From Elusimicrobiota bacterium (GTDB taxonomy: Bacteria; Elusimicrobiota; Endomicrobiia; Endomicrobiales; JBDRNC01), in NCBI GenBank assembly GCA_043811535.1, contig JBDRNC010000018.1, forward strand, positions 1-64,000: 64,000 bases of DNA. The letters are read 5' to 3'. The position numbers and the translations under genes were made by a program. The notes below the pieces were generated by a model that was not told where the DNA came from, ran no database searches, and saw only the letters and a list, made by a program, of their open reading frames with translations. How positions within the stretch are numbered: position 1 is the stretch's first letter; the number at the start of each line of letters is the position of its first letter. Positions 10,264-20,007 of the stretch are shown here, piece by piece.

Positions 10264-10274
10264 AAAATACTTTA

Positions 10275-10347
10275 ATTGTTAAATTGCTATATGGCTAAAT
10301 TGCTAAAATCTTAAACCATTTAACCGTTGTAGCCATTTGACCATTTA
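10275..10347. repeat. Period-8 inverted-repeat junction element (ATKGCTAA / AGCCATTT family)
   Basis: attgttaa attgctat atggctaa attgctaa ... aaccattt aaccgttg tagccatt tgaccatt. Confidence 0.85.
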
Positions 10348-11145
10348 CTATTTTAAATTCAACACATCCTGCATGTCGTACAGCCCGGGCTTCTGCTTCG
10401 CGAGCCACTTCGCCGCTACCAAAGCGCCCGCGGCTAGCGCGTCGCGCGACTGCAGCCGGTGCGTAAGCTCTATTCTTTCGCCGGGCCCCACGAAATACAC
10501 TGTATGCTCTCCGACTATGTCGCCCCCTCGGACCGCGAGAATTCCGATCTCTTCCTTCTTTCTCGCGCCTACGATGCCCTGCCTGCCGTATATGCCAACC
10601 TTTTCGAGATTCCTTTTAAGCGTGTCCGCGATAATCTTGGCAAGCCTGGCCGCCGTCCCTGAAGGAGCGTCCTTCTTCTGGTTATGGTGCAGTTCTACTA
10701 TCTCAACGTCGTAATCCGGCACGGCGGAAGCCGCTTCCTTAACGAGGTTGAACAGGGCGTTCACGCCCACGGACATGTTCGGGGTAAAAACCACGGGTAT
10801 CTTCAAGGATGCCTTTCTGACCTCCGCGATCTCAGCCTGCTTGAAACCCGTCGTCCCGATAACAATCGGCTTCCTGAGCTTTTCCGCGACGGCCAGATGG
10901 TCGAGAGTAGCCATCACGGCGGTAAAATCTATGATCACGTCCGCTTTCTTCGCGGCCGTGCCAAAATCTCCGGTGATCTCGCCCGCTTCCGTGCCAGCGA
11001 ATACAAGCGGGCTTCCAATCGAAGGATGTCCGGACGACTCTACGGCCCCGGTTATGACAAACTGATCCCCTGTAGCGGCAAGCCTGAGTATAGCGTTACC
11101 CATCCTTCCGGCCGCCCCGCACACAGTGATCTTGATCTTGTTCAT
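10348..11145 (-). CDS. dapB: 4-hydroxy-tetrahydrodipicolinate reductase
   Basis: GAAGRMG, IDFT, VIGTTG, NMSVGVN, ELHHNQKKDAPSGTA, RGGDIVGEH. Confidence 0.97.
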   Translation of the reverse strand: MNKIKITVCGAAGRMGNAILRLAATGDQFVITGAVESSGHPSIGSPLVFAGTEAGEITGDFGTAAKKADVIIDFTAVMATLDHLAVAEKLRKPIVIGTTGFKQAEIAEVRKASLKIPVVFTPNMSVGVNALFNLVKEAASAVPDYDVEIVELHHNQKKDAPSGTAARLAKIIADTLKRNLEKVGIYGRQGIVGARKKEEIGILAVRGGDIVGEHTVYFVGPGERIELTHRLQSRDALAAGALVAAKWLAKQKPGLYDMQDVLNLK

Positions 11146-11160
11146 GATATAATCCCCTTA

Positions 11161-11234
11161 TTAGCGTTTAGCGGGTAGCGTATAGTAAAAACACAAATCC
11201 GTTGTATACGCTAAACACTGTACGCTATACGCTA
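11161..11234. repeat. Period-7 inverted-repeat junction element (TAGCGTA / TATACGC family)
   Basis: ttagcgt ttagcgg gtagcgt ... tatacgc taaacac tgtacgc tatacgc; includes the dapA stop. Confidence 0.85.
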
Positions 11235-12107
11235 TTTTAAAAGGCCGTAGGCCTTGAGTTCCTTTTCCAGCTTCTTCTTGTTCGCTTCTTCCATCGAGCA
11301 CATCGGCAGGCGCAGGCTGTCTTCGCACACGCCGAGCATGCCCATCGCTGTCTTGACGGGAATGGGATTTGTCTCGATGAACATTGCCTTTACGAGTGAT
11401 AACATCTTGTAATGAAGCTGCATTGCCTTCTTTACGTCGCCCTTCAGGTACGCGTTAACCATAGCGGCGACATCGCCGGGAATTATATTCGCGACGACGG
11501 AAACAACCCCCGCGCCTCCGATTGAAAGCACGGGAACGGTCAGCGAATCATCTCCGGAAAGCAGGTCTATGTCCGGGCACAACTGCCTGATTTGCGCCAT
11601 CTGGTCAATCGATCCGGACGCCTCTTTGACGGCAATTATGTTCTTGCAATCAGATACAAGCTTCGCGATCGTCGCGGGCTCGATATTTACCGCGGTCCTG
11701 CTCTGTATATTGTAAAGCATCACGGGAATCTTAATGGATCCGGCAACAGCCTTGAAATGCAGGTACAGGCCTTTCTGCGTCGGCTTATTGTAATAGGGAG
11801 AGACCAGAAGCACGCCGTCGCAACCGGCCTTTTCGGCGGCCGTCGTAAGCATTATCGCTTCATCGGTACTGTTCGCTCCGGTGCCGCCTACGACTTTGAC
11901 CCTCTTCTTCGCGGCCCTGACCGTAAACGCTATGACTTCTTCGTGCTCTTCGTAATTTAACGTGGCGGACTCGCCTGTCGTTCCGCACGGAACTATCCCC
12001 GAAGTCCCGTTCTTTACATGAAATTCCACAAGTTCGGCTATTTTGTCGTAATCTACCTTGTTATTCTTAAACGGCGTGATCAGCGCTACATATGAACCGG
12101 AAAACAT
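11232..12107 (-). CDS. dapA: 4-hydroxy-tetrahydrodipicolinate synthase
   Basis: ALITPF, CGTTGES, PYYNKP, YNIQSRT, VKEASG, SGDD, ETNPIPVK; ATG 12107 follows a GGAGG RBS. Confidence 0.97.
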   Translation of the reverse strand: MFSGSYVALITPFKNNKVDYDKIAELVEFHVKNGTSGIVPCGTTGESATLNYEEHEEVIAFTVRAAKKRVKVVGGTGANSTDEAIMLTTAAEKAGCDGVLLVSPYYNKPTQKGLYLHFKAVAGSIKIPVMLYNIQSRTAVNIEPATIAKLVSDCKNIIAVKEASGSIDQMAQIRQLCPDIDLLSGDDSLTVPVLSIGGAGVVSVVANIIPGDVAAMVNAYLKGDVKKAMQLHYKMLSLVKAMFIETNPIPVKTAMGMLGVCEDSLRLPMCSMEEANKKKLEKELKAYGLLK

Positions 12108-12129
12108 AAAACCTCCCAAAATATTAGCC

Positions 12130-12202
12130 AATTACAAATTACATATTACAGATTAAAACTCTATGTCGTCAATTTGTAATGTGTAATTTGTAATCTGTAA
12201 TT
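12130..12202. repeat. Period-7 inverted-repeat junction element (ATTACA / TGTAAT family)
   Basis: aattaca aattaca tattaca ... tgtaatg tgtaatt tgtaatc tgtaatt. Confidence 0.9.
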
Positions 12203-13032
12203 TACTTTACTTCCACTTCTCCCTTGAACGCCACCTCAGCGGGGCCTTCAAGGAATACATTTGAGACAGGGGATATGAAATCCCCTTTCTCGTTTATCGT
12301 GTACAAAACTTTAAGCGTGTACCCGCCTCTTGTAACGCAGTTCACGGGCGGCGAGACCATTCCTCTCAGTCCCGCGATTATCGCGCTGGCAGTGACACCG
12401 GTACCGCACGCCAGGGTCTCGTTCTCAACGCCTCTTTCGTAAGTCCGAACCAGAAGAGTGTGATTGTCCTTTTTTTCCACAAAGTTAACGTTCGTGCCGG
12501 CAGGCAGGAACTGCCTGTGCCGCCTGACCATCCTGCCTAAATTTGCAACATCGGCTTTTTCTATATCATTGACAAATATCACGGTGTGGGGCACGCCCGT
12601 ATTAATGAACGAAACATCGAATTCCTTTTGCTCCACTCTCAGCGTGAAATCAAGCATCGCGTCCTTGGGCTCATAAAGCCCGAGCTTAATGTTCCTGCCT
12701 AATAGCTCCGCGCGCACAAGCCCCGCGTCCGTTTCAAAAACCACTTTTTTTGAAGCAACCCCGAGTATATTGGCAAATCTGGCCACGGAACGCCCGCCGT
12801 TGCCGCACATGGAAGCCGGCGAGCCGTCGGAGTTGAAATAACGCATCCTGAAATCGGCTTTTTTGCTTTTTTCAAGGAGTATCACCCCGTCCGCGCCTAC
12901 GGAAAACTGCCTGTGGCAGAGTTTTTTCGCAAGCCGCGATATATCTTTCGGAGCGGCTTTTCTGCGATTGTCTATCATAATAAAATCATTGCCCGCAGCG
13001 GATATCTTAATGAATTTTAGAGTCTTTTCCAT
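12202..13032 (-). CDS. dapF: Diaminopimelate epimerase
   Basis: GNDF, GADG, NSDGS..MCGNG, TGVPH, ERGVENETLACGTG. Confidence 0.97.
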   Translation of the reverse strand: MEKTLKFIKISAAGNDFIMIDNRRKAAPKDISRLAKKLCHRQFSVGADGVILLEKSKKADFRMRYFNSDGSPASMCGNGGRSVARFANILGVASKKVVFETDAGLVRAELLGRNIKLGLYEPKDAMLDFTLRVEQKEFDVSFINTGVPHTVIFVNDIEKADVANLGRMVRRHRQFLPAGTNVNFVEKKDNHTLLVRTYERGVENETLACGTGVTASAIIAGLRGMVSPPVNCVTRGGYTLKVLYTINEKGDFISPVSNVFLEGPAEVAFKGEVEVK

Positions 13033-13096
13033 AATTTCCTATTTCATATTTCAAATTGAAGACGAGAAAGACGTCAATCTGCAATCTGAAATCTAC

Positions 13097-14329
13097 TCAC
13101 TTTTCTTTCACAACCAGGTCCTTATAACTCTCTCTGTCCCTGATAACCTTATACTTGTTCCTGTCAACAAGCACTTCGGCGGCTCTGCCCCGGGAGTTGT
13201 ACTGCGACGACATCGCGAAACCGTACGCTCCGGCGCACTTTACCGCGAGATACCCGCCTTGTTCAACGCGCGGCAGCATCCTGTTCTTGCCCAGGAAATC
13301 TCCGCTTTCGCAGATCGGGCCGACTATGTCGACCTTAACCTTACTGCCGGAAGCTGACCTTACGGGAATTATTCCGTGGTACGCCTCATAAAGCGTCGGA
13401 CGTATAAGGTCGTTCATGGCCGTATCAACTATCAGGAAATTCTTTCCGCCGGAGCTCTTCCGGTAAACGACCTTCGCGGCAAGAATAGCCGCATTCCCGG
13501 CAATATACCTGCCGGGTTCAAAAACCAGCGTACCGCTAAAATCCCTGAATACGGGAACAACAGCGTTCTTAAGTTCGCGCGGACTTGGAGGCGTTTCCTT
13601 ATCATATGTGATGCCCAGCCCCCCGCCGAGATCTATATACTTAAGGTATATTCCCGCCGTGTTTAGCTTGTCTACGACACTCCTTATTCTGAGCGCGGCA
13701 AGCTCGAACGGCTTCACCTTCGTTATCTGCGAGCCTATGTGGCAATGTATCCCGACAATTTCAATATTTGGAAGTTCTGACGCGCGCTTATAGGCGCCGA
13801 CAGCGTCCGCCAAAGGTATGCCGAACTTATTCCCGCTCTTGCCGGTGGTGATATAGCGGTGGGTGTCCGGATTAACGTTAGGATTGACACGGAACGCGAC
13901 CGGCGCCTTCTTCCCAAGACGCCCGGCTATGCGGTTTATCTGTTCAAGCTCCTCAATAGACTCCATGTTCAACATCATAACGCCGGTCTTCAGGGCGTAC
14001 GTGATCTCTTCAGTAGTCTTGCCTATGCCTGCGTACACGATCTTTTCGGGTTTGAACCCGGAGGCAAGCGAGCGGTAAAGCTCTCCCCCTGAAGTAATAT
14101 CGACGCCGGCACCGGCACCGGACAACAGCTTCAATAACGCATGGCTGGAGTTCGCCTTCAGCGCATAGCAGACCAGATGCGGCACTCCGTTGAAAGCCGC
14201 GTTAAAACTCCTATAATTATTAAGCAATTGTGCCTTTGAATATATGTACAGGGGTGTGCCGTGCTTCCTGCACAAAGACTCAACCGGAACTCCATCAATA
14301 AACAACTTGTTGTTGCGATATGAGAGCAT
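13097..14329 (-). CDS. lysA: Diaminopimelate decarboxylase
   Basis: TPLYIY, YALKAN, HCHIGSQ, DLGGG, EPGR, GPICESGD, GAYG..MSSQYN. Confidence 0.97.
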   Translation of the reverse strand: MLSYRNNKLFIDGVPVESLCRKHGTPLYIYSKAQLLNNYRSFNAAFNGVPHLVCYALKANSSHALLKLLSGAGAGVDITSGGELYRSLASGFKPEKIVYAGIGKTTEEITYALKTGVMMLNMESIEELEQINRIAGRLGKKAPVAFRVNPNVNPDTHRYITTGKSGNKFGIPLADAVGAYKRASELPNIEIVGIHCHIGSQITKVKPFELAALRIRSVVDKLNTAGIYLKYIDLGGGLGITYDKETPPSPRELKNAVVPVFRDFSGTLVFEPGRYIAGNAAILAAKVVYRKSSGGKNFLIVDTAMNDLIRPTLYEAYHGIIPVRSASGSKVKVDIVGPICESGDFLGKNRMLPRVEQGGYLAVKCAGAYGFAMSSQYNSRGRAAEVLVDRNKYKVIRDRESYKDLVVKEK

Positions 14330-14435
14330 TTTAACTTTTCCCTTTCGGTTTGATTAGTTTTATGCTATAATTAGCTTAGTATAATTGTATTAGATTATAG
14401 GTTAAGCGTATTATAGGTATTTCTGAAGTTTGTAT

Positions 14436-14464
14436 AGTCTAACAATTTCAAAGGTTTTTGTCAA
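14436..14464 (-). promoter_or_regulatory. Sigma70-type promoter of the lysA/dap operon
   Basis: Minus strand TTGACA-17 bp-TAGACT with TGn extension. Confidence 0.7.
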
Positions 14465-14553
14465 TTTAGCGGTCTGCGCCGGATTCTTTCAAATTTAATC
14501 TTTTCAAATGAAAAATACAGCCGTTTTGAAAAGAAAAAAAGTTTACAGATAAC

Positions 14554-14583
14554 TTGACTTAAAAACATTTAATTTTGTATAAT
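14554..14583 (+). promoter_or_regulatory. Sigma70-type promoter of the kinase operon
   Basis: TTGACT-18 bp-TATAAT, 10 nt before ATG 14594. Confidence 0.65.
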
Positions 14584-14593
14584 TTTTTAAACA

Positions 14594-17092
14594 ATGAAAA
14601 AGATACTGCTTTCAGACCTTACGATAGGCATCCTTCTTACCCTTATTGTGCTTGGGGCATTCACGTTCCAGGCTGACCTTTTTGAATCCCTCGAGCAAAA
14701 AACCTACGACATGCGTGCTGTTCTAAGGCAGAGCTCTTCCCAGATAGAGGAGATCGCGATAGTAACAATAGACGATGACTCCATATCCAAGATCGGAAGG
14801 TGGCCCTGGCCGCGGTCCGTCATTGCGGACGGCATCGATGCGATAAAGCAGGCGGGCGCGAAAGCCATCGGCCTCAACATACTTTTCTCCGAACAGGAAA
14901 GAAACCCTGGGCTGGCGGAAATAAGAAATCTAAAAAAGCTCGCCTCAAAAGGGTCAGCGATGCTCAAGGCGCTGGACGAGTCCGAGAAACGCCTTGACAG
15001 CGACACGAGACTCATGACGTCTATCCGTGACGCGGAAAAAGTGGTCCTTCCCATGTTCTTCACGATAGGCCCGTCGCTCGGCGAAGAGGAACCCGTCCTG
15101 TTAGATCACACATTAATGAACATCGAGGAACCCGACGCTTTCATGGATGATATAGCGCGGTTCCCCGTGACGGAAGGCACGACACCGGTCATACCGCTTG
15201 AGGAATTCGCGCAGTTCTCCCCTGCCATAGGACACGCAAATCTCGTGACTGATCCCGACGGAGTTATACGCTCGGAAATACCGCTGATACAGTTCACCGG
15301 CGACCTGTACCCGTCCTTTGCCGTGCAGATAGTACGGGAATACCTTAACCTTCCCATAGATGATATAGCGTTCCGCGTCGGCAAAACCCTGAAGATCGGG
15401 CGCGCGGTCATACCGCTTGACACCTCCAACAAAATGCTTATAAGTTATGCCGGACCGGTGAGCGCGTTCAGGTACTATTCTTTCTACGACGTCATAAACA
15501 ATAAGATAGACCAAAACGCCCTTAAGAATAAAGTCGTACTTGTCGGGCATTTCGCGACCGGTATCGCCGACCTGCACACAACGCCTCTCGGGAGCAATTT
15601 TCCCGGCATAGTCATAACAGCCAACATCATAGAGAACATTCTCCACGACAACCATATAATCCGCCCGGAATGGGCCCCAAAATTCGAATTCATTCTTCTG
15701 CTCGTAATCGGCCTTTTCGTTTCGTTCCTGCTCCCGAAACTGAAGGCGCTTCTCGGCTCCATAGTTTCCATCGTGCTTCTATTGGCAATAATTGCCTCGG
15801 GCACTTATTTCTTCGTCGAATCAGGATACTGGATAAAGATATTCTACTCCATCTTTCTACTCGGTATCGGATACATCATCATCACATCCAAGCGATTCCT
15901 CCTAACAGAGAAACGAAAAGAACTTGTCGAAGCAAGCGCGATAGAAACCAACAGGATGCTCGGCCTTTCGTTTCAGGGGCAGGGCATGCTTGACATGGCC
16001 TTTGATAAATTCAGGAAATGCCCGATAGACGACCAGATGAAAGAACTGCTTTACAACCTCGGCCTTGATTTTGAGAGAAAACGCCAGTTCAATAAGGCCG
16101 CCGCCGTGTATGAGCATGTCATGGCAGTTGACCCGAAATATAAGGGCATAGATGAAAGGATAAAACAGCTGAAGGCCGCGTCCGAAGGAGCCGTTTTCGG
16201 CGGGATCGGCGCGAAGAAAGGCGGGGCCGAAGGCACTGTAATCATAGAAGGATCCGCGGCCACCGCTCCGACGCTCGGCCGCTACACTATCGTCAAGGAA
16301 CTCGGCCGCGGCGCGATGGGCACAGTATACCTCGGAAAAGATCCCAAGATTAACAGGCAGGTCGCCATAAAGACATTAAGATTTGACGATGAAGTGGATG
16401 AAGCGACGGCAAAATCGATTAAGGAAAGGTTCTTCCGCGAAGCAGAATCAGCCGGAAACCTGAACCATCCGAATATAATCAAGATATTTGACGCCGGCGA
16501 AGACAACGAGCTTTCATACATAGCGATGGAACTGCTTGACGGTGATGACCTGAAGAAATTCACCGACAAGGCCAATCTTCTCCCCCTTCCGACGCTGCTG
16601 GATTATATGATAAAGATAGCGGACGGACTGGATTACGCCCATCAGACCGGCGTTTACCACCGCGATATCAAGCCGGCTAATATCATGCTCCTTAAGGACG
16701 GCTCACTGAGAATAACCGACTTCGGCATAGCAAGGATCGCTTCATCTTCCAAAACCGCCACGGGAACGGTACTCGGCACGCCTAGCTACATGTCCCCCGA
16801 ACAGCTTTCCGGCAAGAAAGTTGACGGAAGAAGCGACCTTTTCTCGTACGGCGTCATGCTGTATGAATTTCTGACCGGCGTAAAACCTTTTGAGGGCGAG
16901 AGCATCGCGCAATTGCTCTATAAAATAGGCAACGAAAAGCATCCAAACCCCAAAGAGATCAATCCGAATATAGCCGACTGCTTTATCGCTGTCATTGATA
17001 AGTGCCTTGAAAAAGATCCTGATAACCGCTACCAGCGCGGCGCGGAAATAGTAGCCGCCTTGAAAGAATGCCAGAAAACAATCGGCGCGTAA
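14594..17092 (+). CDS. CHASE2-domain membrane Hanks-type Ser/Thr kinase with juxtamembrane TPR
   Basis: CHASE2 motifs (IGRWPWPRS, DPDGVIR), three TMs, TPR-like LYNLG...AAAVYE, kinase GRGAMG/VAIK/HRDIKPAN/DFG/YMSPE. Confidence 0.95.
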   Translation: MKKILLSDLTIGILLTLIVLGAFTFQADLFESLEQKTYDMRAVLRQSSSQIEEIAIVTIDDDSISKIGRWPWPRSVIADGIDAIKQAGAKAIGLNILFSEQERNPGLAEIRNLKKLASKGSAMLKALDESEKRLDSDTRLMTSIRDAEKVVLPMFFTIGPSLGEEEPVLLDHTLMNIEEPDAFMDDIARFPVTEGTTPVIPLEEFAQFSPAIGHANLVTDPDGVIRSEIPLIQFTGDLYPSFAVQIVREYLNLPIDDIAFRVGKTLKIGRAVIPLDTSNKMLISYAGPVSAFRYYSFYDVINNKIDQNALKNKVVLVGHFATGIADLHTTPLGSNFPGIVITANIIENILHDNHIIRPEWAPKFEFILLLVIGLFVSFLLPKLKALLGSIVSIVLLLAIIASGTYFFVESGYWIKIFYSIFLLGIGYIIITSKRFLLTEKRKELVEASAIETNRMLGLSFQGQGMLDMAFDKFRKCPIDDQMKELLYNLGLDFERKRQFNKAAAVYEHVMAVDPKYKGIDERIKQLKAASEGAVFGGIGAKKGGAEGTVIIEGSAATAPTLGRYTIVKELGRGAMGTVYLGKDPKINRQVAIKTLRFDDEVDEATAKSIKERFFREAESAGNLNHPNIIKIFDAGEDNELSYIAMELLDGDDLKKFTDKANLLPLPTLLDYMIKIADGLDYAHQTGVYHRDIKPANIMLLKDGSLRITDFGIARIASSSKTATGTVLGTPSYMSPEQLSGKKVDGRSDLFSYGVMLYEFLTGVKPFEGESIAQLLYKIGNEKHPNPKEINPNIADCFIAVIDKCLEKDPDNRYQRGAEIVAALKECQKTIGA

Positions 17093-17178
17093 ATTAGTGT
17101 TTGGTGATTAGATATTAACAATTAGACGGATTGGCTTTGACTATTCCCTAGTTCCTACTCACTATTTACTCAATTGAT

Positions 17179-18003
17179 ATGACCATAGAATACGGCGCAA
17201 AATCAGACGTCGGCCAGGTGCGAAAAAACAACGAAGATAACTATATCATCGACGAAAAAACAGGTCTTTATATCGTATGCGACGGGATGGGCGGGCACAG
17301 TTCCGGCGAGGTTGCGAGCAAACTTGCCATCGATGTCATAGCCAAGAACTTTTCCCAGTCCGTTCAGAAACAGCAGAACCCCGATTCAACACAGGTGATG
17401 TTCGGCGAGAGCAACCCGAAAATATCCGGCACCGCGAACAGGCTCGTTTCAAGCATAAGACTCGCGAACCAGGTTATTTTTGAGTCAAGCCGGAATTACC
17501 CGCAAAATCAGGGGATGGGCACGACCGTCGTGGCCGTGTCGGCGTTTGAAAACACGTTCATTATATCATGGGTAGGCGACAGCCGCGTATATCTAATAAG
17601 GAGCGGGCGCATACAGCAGATGTCAATAGACCACTCGCTCGTTCAGGAGCAGGTAAGCAAGGGTCTGATAACGGATTCTCAGGCGGAATCTTCCGACTAT
17701 AAGAATATTCTCACGCGGGCGCTGGGGGCGGCCGAAATTGTTGAAGTTGACACTATTGAAGTGCCGGCGTCCGAAGACGATTACCTGCTCTTGTGCTCCG
17801 ACGGATTGACAAGAATGCTTACAGACGAGCAGATGATGAATGTCTTTAAGAAATTTGAAAACCCCCAGAATATATGCGATAATTTGATCGCGCAGGCCAA
17901 CCAGGCAGGCGGCCGGGACAACGTAACGGCCATCGTGGTGCACAAAAAATCCGGAAATATCTGGGACAAATTTATAAAAGTCGTAGGCAGCAAAACGAAC
18001 TGA
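17179..18003 (+). CDS. PP2C/Stp1-family Ser/Thr phosphatase
   Basis: SDVGQVRKNNED, CDGMGGH, MGTT, VGDSR, LLCSDGL, GGRDNVT. Confidence 0.95.
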   Translation: MTIEYGAKSDVGQVRKNNEDNYIIDEKTGLYIVCDGMGGHSSGEVASKLAIDVIAKNFSQSVQKQQNPDSTQVMFGESNPKISGTANRLVSSIRLANQVIFESSRNYPQNQGMGTTVVAVSAFENTFIISWVGDSRVYLIRSGRIQQMSIDHSLVQEQVSKGLITDSQAESSDYKNILTRALGAAEIVEVDTIEVPASEDDYLLLCSDGLTRMLTDEQMMNVFKKFENPQNICDNLIAQANQAGGRDNVTAIVVHKKSGNIWDKFIKVVGSKTN

Positions 18004-18086
18004 TTTGAAATGCCGTCCCCACCCCGGCATTCCGGGAGCGCAGGGGACCAAATACTTACAAAAATCATTAATCTCGAGGGTAACCT

Positions 18087-18857
18087 ATGCCGCCCAAAAT
18101 TCTTTTAAAGTTTCATGCAGCAGTGATAAAAGAAATAGCAGTTGACAAAACGCCTCTGACTATCGGCAGAAAGCCGGAGAATGATATCGTGATTGACAAC
18201 ATGGCGGTCTCAAGCCACCATGCACGGATAATGATGCAGGGGTCCAACTACGTTGTTGAAGACCTCCAAAGCACGAACGGGACTTTCCTCAACGATAAGA
18301 AGATCATCAATTCCGCATTAAAGCATAACGATAATGTCCTGATAGGCCAGCATACCCTTACTTTTGTGTTCCCGGAAGTCGTCCAGCCTGAAGCGCCAAA
18401 ACCGGCACCTGCTCCAAAACCCATGGATTCCGAAGCGACCGTTGTCATCAGCCCGCAGAGACAACAACAGGTCAGGGCTGAAGAAGCCGCGCCAGCTCCC
18501 GCTGCGGCTCCTGCTTCGGCAGCTCCAGCCGCTGAGGCGCCGCCTGCCCCTGCCAAGCAAAAAGAAGTTACAGGACAGCTAAGGGTTATCGAAGGAAAAC
18601 TTGACCAGCCGGAATATCAGCTCACGGGTCTCCTGACCTATATCGGGAAATCAGATACCGCGGCGATAAAGATCAAGGGCATGTTCGCGCCTGACATAGC
18701 TGCGCTCATCAGCAAGCGCCCTAGCGGTTATCTTATCACGGCCGTTAAGGAAGGCTATGCAAAACTTAACAATACCACCGTTATGGGACAGGTGGAATTG
18801 AAAGACGGCGATATAATTGAATTAGGCGGCATAAAACTACTATTTCAAATGAAATAG
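18087..18857 (+). CDS. Tandem FHA-domain protein (canonical FHA, Pro/Ala linker, degenerate FHA)
   Basis: IGR...VSSHHA...STNGT in the first domain; the second has IGK and LKDGDIIELG but lacks SxxH. Confidence 0.9.
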   Translation: MPPKILLKFHAAVIKEIAVDKTPLTIGRKPENDIVIDNMAVSSHHARIMMQGSNYVVEDLQSTNGTFLNDKKIINSALKHNDNVLIGQHTLTFVFPEVVQPEAPKPAPAPKPMDSEATVVISPQRQQQVRAEEAAPAPAAAPASAAPAAEAPPAPAKQKEVTGQLRVIEGKLDQPEYQLTGLLTYIGKSDTAAIKIKGMFAPDIAALISKRPSGYLITAVKEGYAKLNNTTVMGQVELKDGDIIELGGIKLLFQMK

Positions 18858-18912
18858 TAGTTTATTGAAATATTTAAAGATTTGAAAGATTACCAAGATT
18901 AAATTCAAAATT

Positions 18913-18941
18913 AAAAAACCCCAATTACTCTTGGGGTTTTT
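18913..18941. terminator. Bidirectional intrinsic terminator
   Basis: aaaaaaccccaa-ttactc-ttggggttttt between convergent genes. Confidence 0.85.
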
Positions 18942-18992
18942 CTTTTTGGTTTATATTTTAAAATCTTTACAATCTTTTCAATCTTGCAATCT

Positions 18993-19943
18993 TCAAAATT
19001 TTGCTACTAAAGAGTACCTGTACGTCTCCCCGAGGTCGCCGTACGGCACCCAGGCAAAATCCAGCCCGAATTCCTTCCAGCCTATCCCCGCCCCGCACGT
19101 AAGGCCGGACAATCCGCCAAGCTTTTCCTGTGAAACAGTTTTGTAGCCGGCCCGGACTGCCGCGTTCAGATCAGCTTTAAACGTCCTTTTAAATTCTGCC
19201 CCTCCCGAAATCATCATGTCGTTATCGCGCGGCATGTTAAAATCAAGCCCGGCAGTGAGCATCTGCACTTCTCCTACGGGAAGCTTGTAGCCGAATCCCG
19301 CCTTTATGTTCATCGGCAACGGGTCGCCTTCAGTGATAAACTTTATCTCTGTCCCAACGTTCTGGACCACAAGACCCGCGGTAAGTCTTTCCACGGGTGT
19401 TGCCCACAAAACACCCATGTCCCCAGCAAACGCGGAAGCCGAATTCTCGTCAATTCTCTGGCTTATGGCCTTTATATTCACTCCCGCCGACAGTTTTTCC
19501 ATGACCGCGCGGCTGTAGTGAAGAATATAGGCGCTGTCGTTCGCGCCGAACTTGCCCTCCGGATTTTCCGTATCCGCGGAACGCTTTTCGATATCGTTCA
19601 CTCCCAGATTGATTACCGCTATTCCAAAACTGCCAACGCCTTCCACCGGATACGCGAATCCCAGCATGTTATACGATATCCCCTGAAACCACGAACCGTA
19701 CTGCGCCGTGAATTCTGTCTTTTCAAGATAGCTTGTGCCCGCCGGATTGTAAAACAGCGCATTCACGTCGTCCGCGATTCCGCCGAACGCTTCGCCCATC
19801 GCCGCCGGGCGCGCCCCCGCGTTGATCTTTAAAAACTGGGCGCCCGAAGTGCCCACGTCGTCCCTGCCCGCATAGACAGACGGAAGAAAGAAGACGGAAG
19901 ACGGAAGCAAGAACAAGACAATAAATTTAGTAATTTTCTTCAT
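18993..19943 (-). CDS. PorV/PorQ-like (FadL-fold) outer-membrane beta-barrel
   Basis: Signal peptide, GAQFLKINAGARPAAMGEAF..DDVNALFYNPAG plug motif, C-terminal Phe; ATG 19943 follows GGAGG. Confidence 0.85.
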   Translation of the reverse strand: MKKITKFIVLFLLPSSVFFLPSVYAGRDDVGTSGAQFLKINAGARPAAMGEAFGGIADDVNALFYNPAGTSYLEKTEFTAQYGSWFQGISYNMLGFAYPVEGVGSFGIAVINLGVNDIEKRSADTENPEGKFGANDSAYILHYSRAVMEKLSAGVNIKAISQRIDENSASAFAGDMGVLWATPVERLTAGLVVQNVGTEIKFITEGDPLPMNIKAGFGYKLPVGEVQMLTAGLDFNMPRDNDMMISGGAEFKRTFKADLNAAVRAGYKTVSQEKLGGLSGLTCGAGIGWKEFGLDFAWVPYGDLGETYRYSLVAKF

Positions 19944-20007
19944 TGAACCTCCAGCGTGATATATGTTTTCGTTAGTTGACTTCATTCTTCCATCTTCAAT
20001 CTTCCGT
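19880..20007. repeat. Period-7 inverted repeat (ACGGAAG / CTTCCRT family) spanning RBS and start codon
   Basis: 4x7 arm at 19880-19907 (inside the signal peptide) and 4x7 arm at 19980-20007 (directly after the upstream TAG). Confidence 0.9.

Noticed and set aside
18400..18560. Pro/Ala-rich low-complexity DNA
   Set aside because: Ordinary interdomain linker of the FHA protein.
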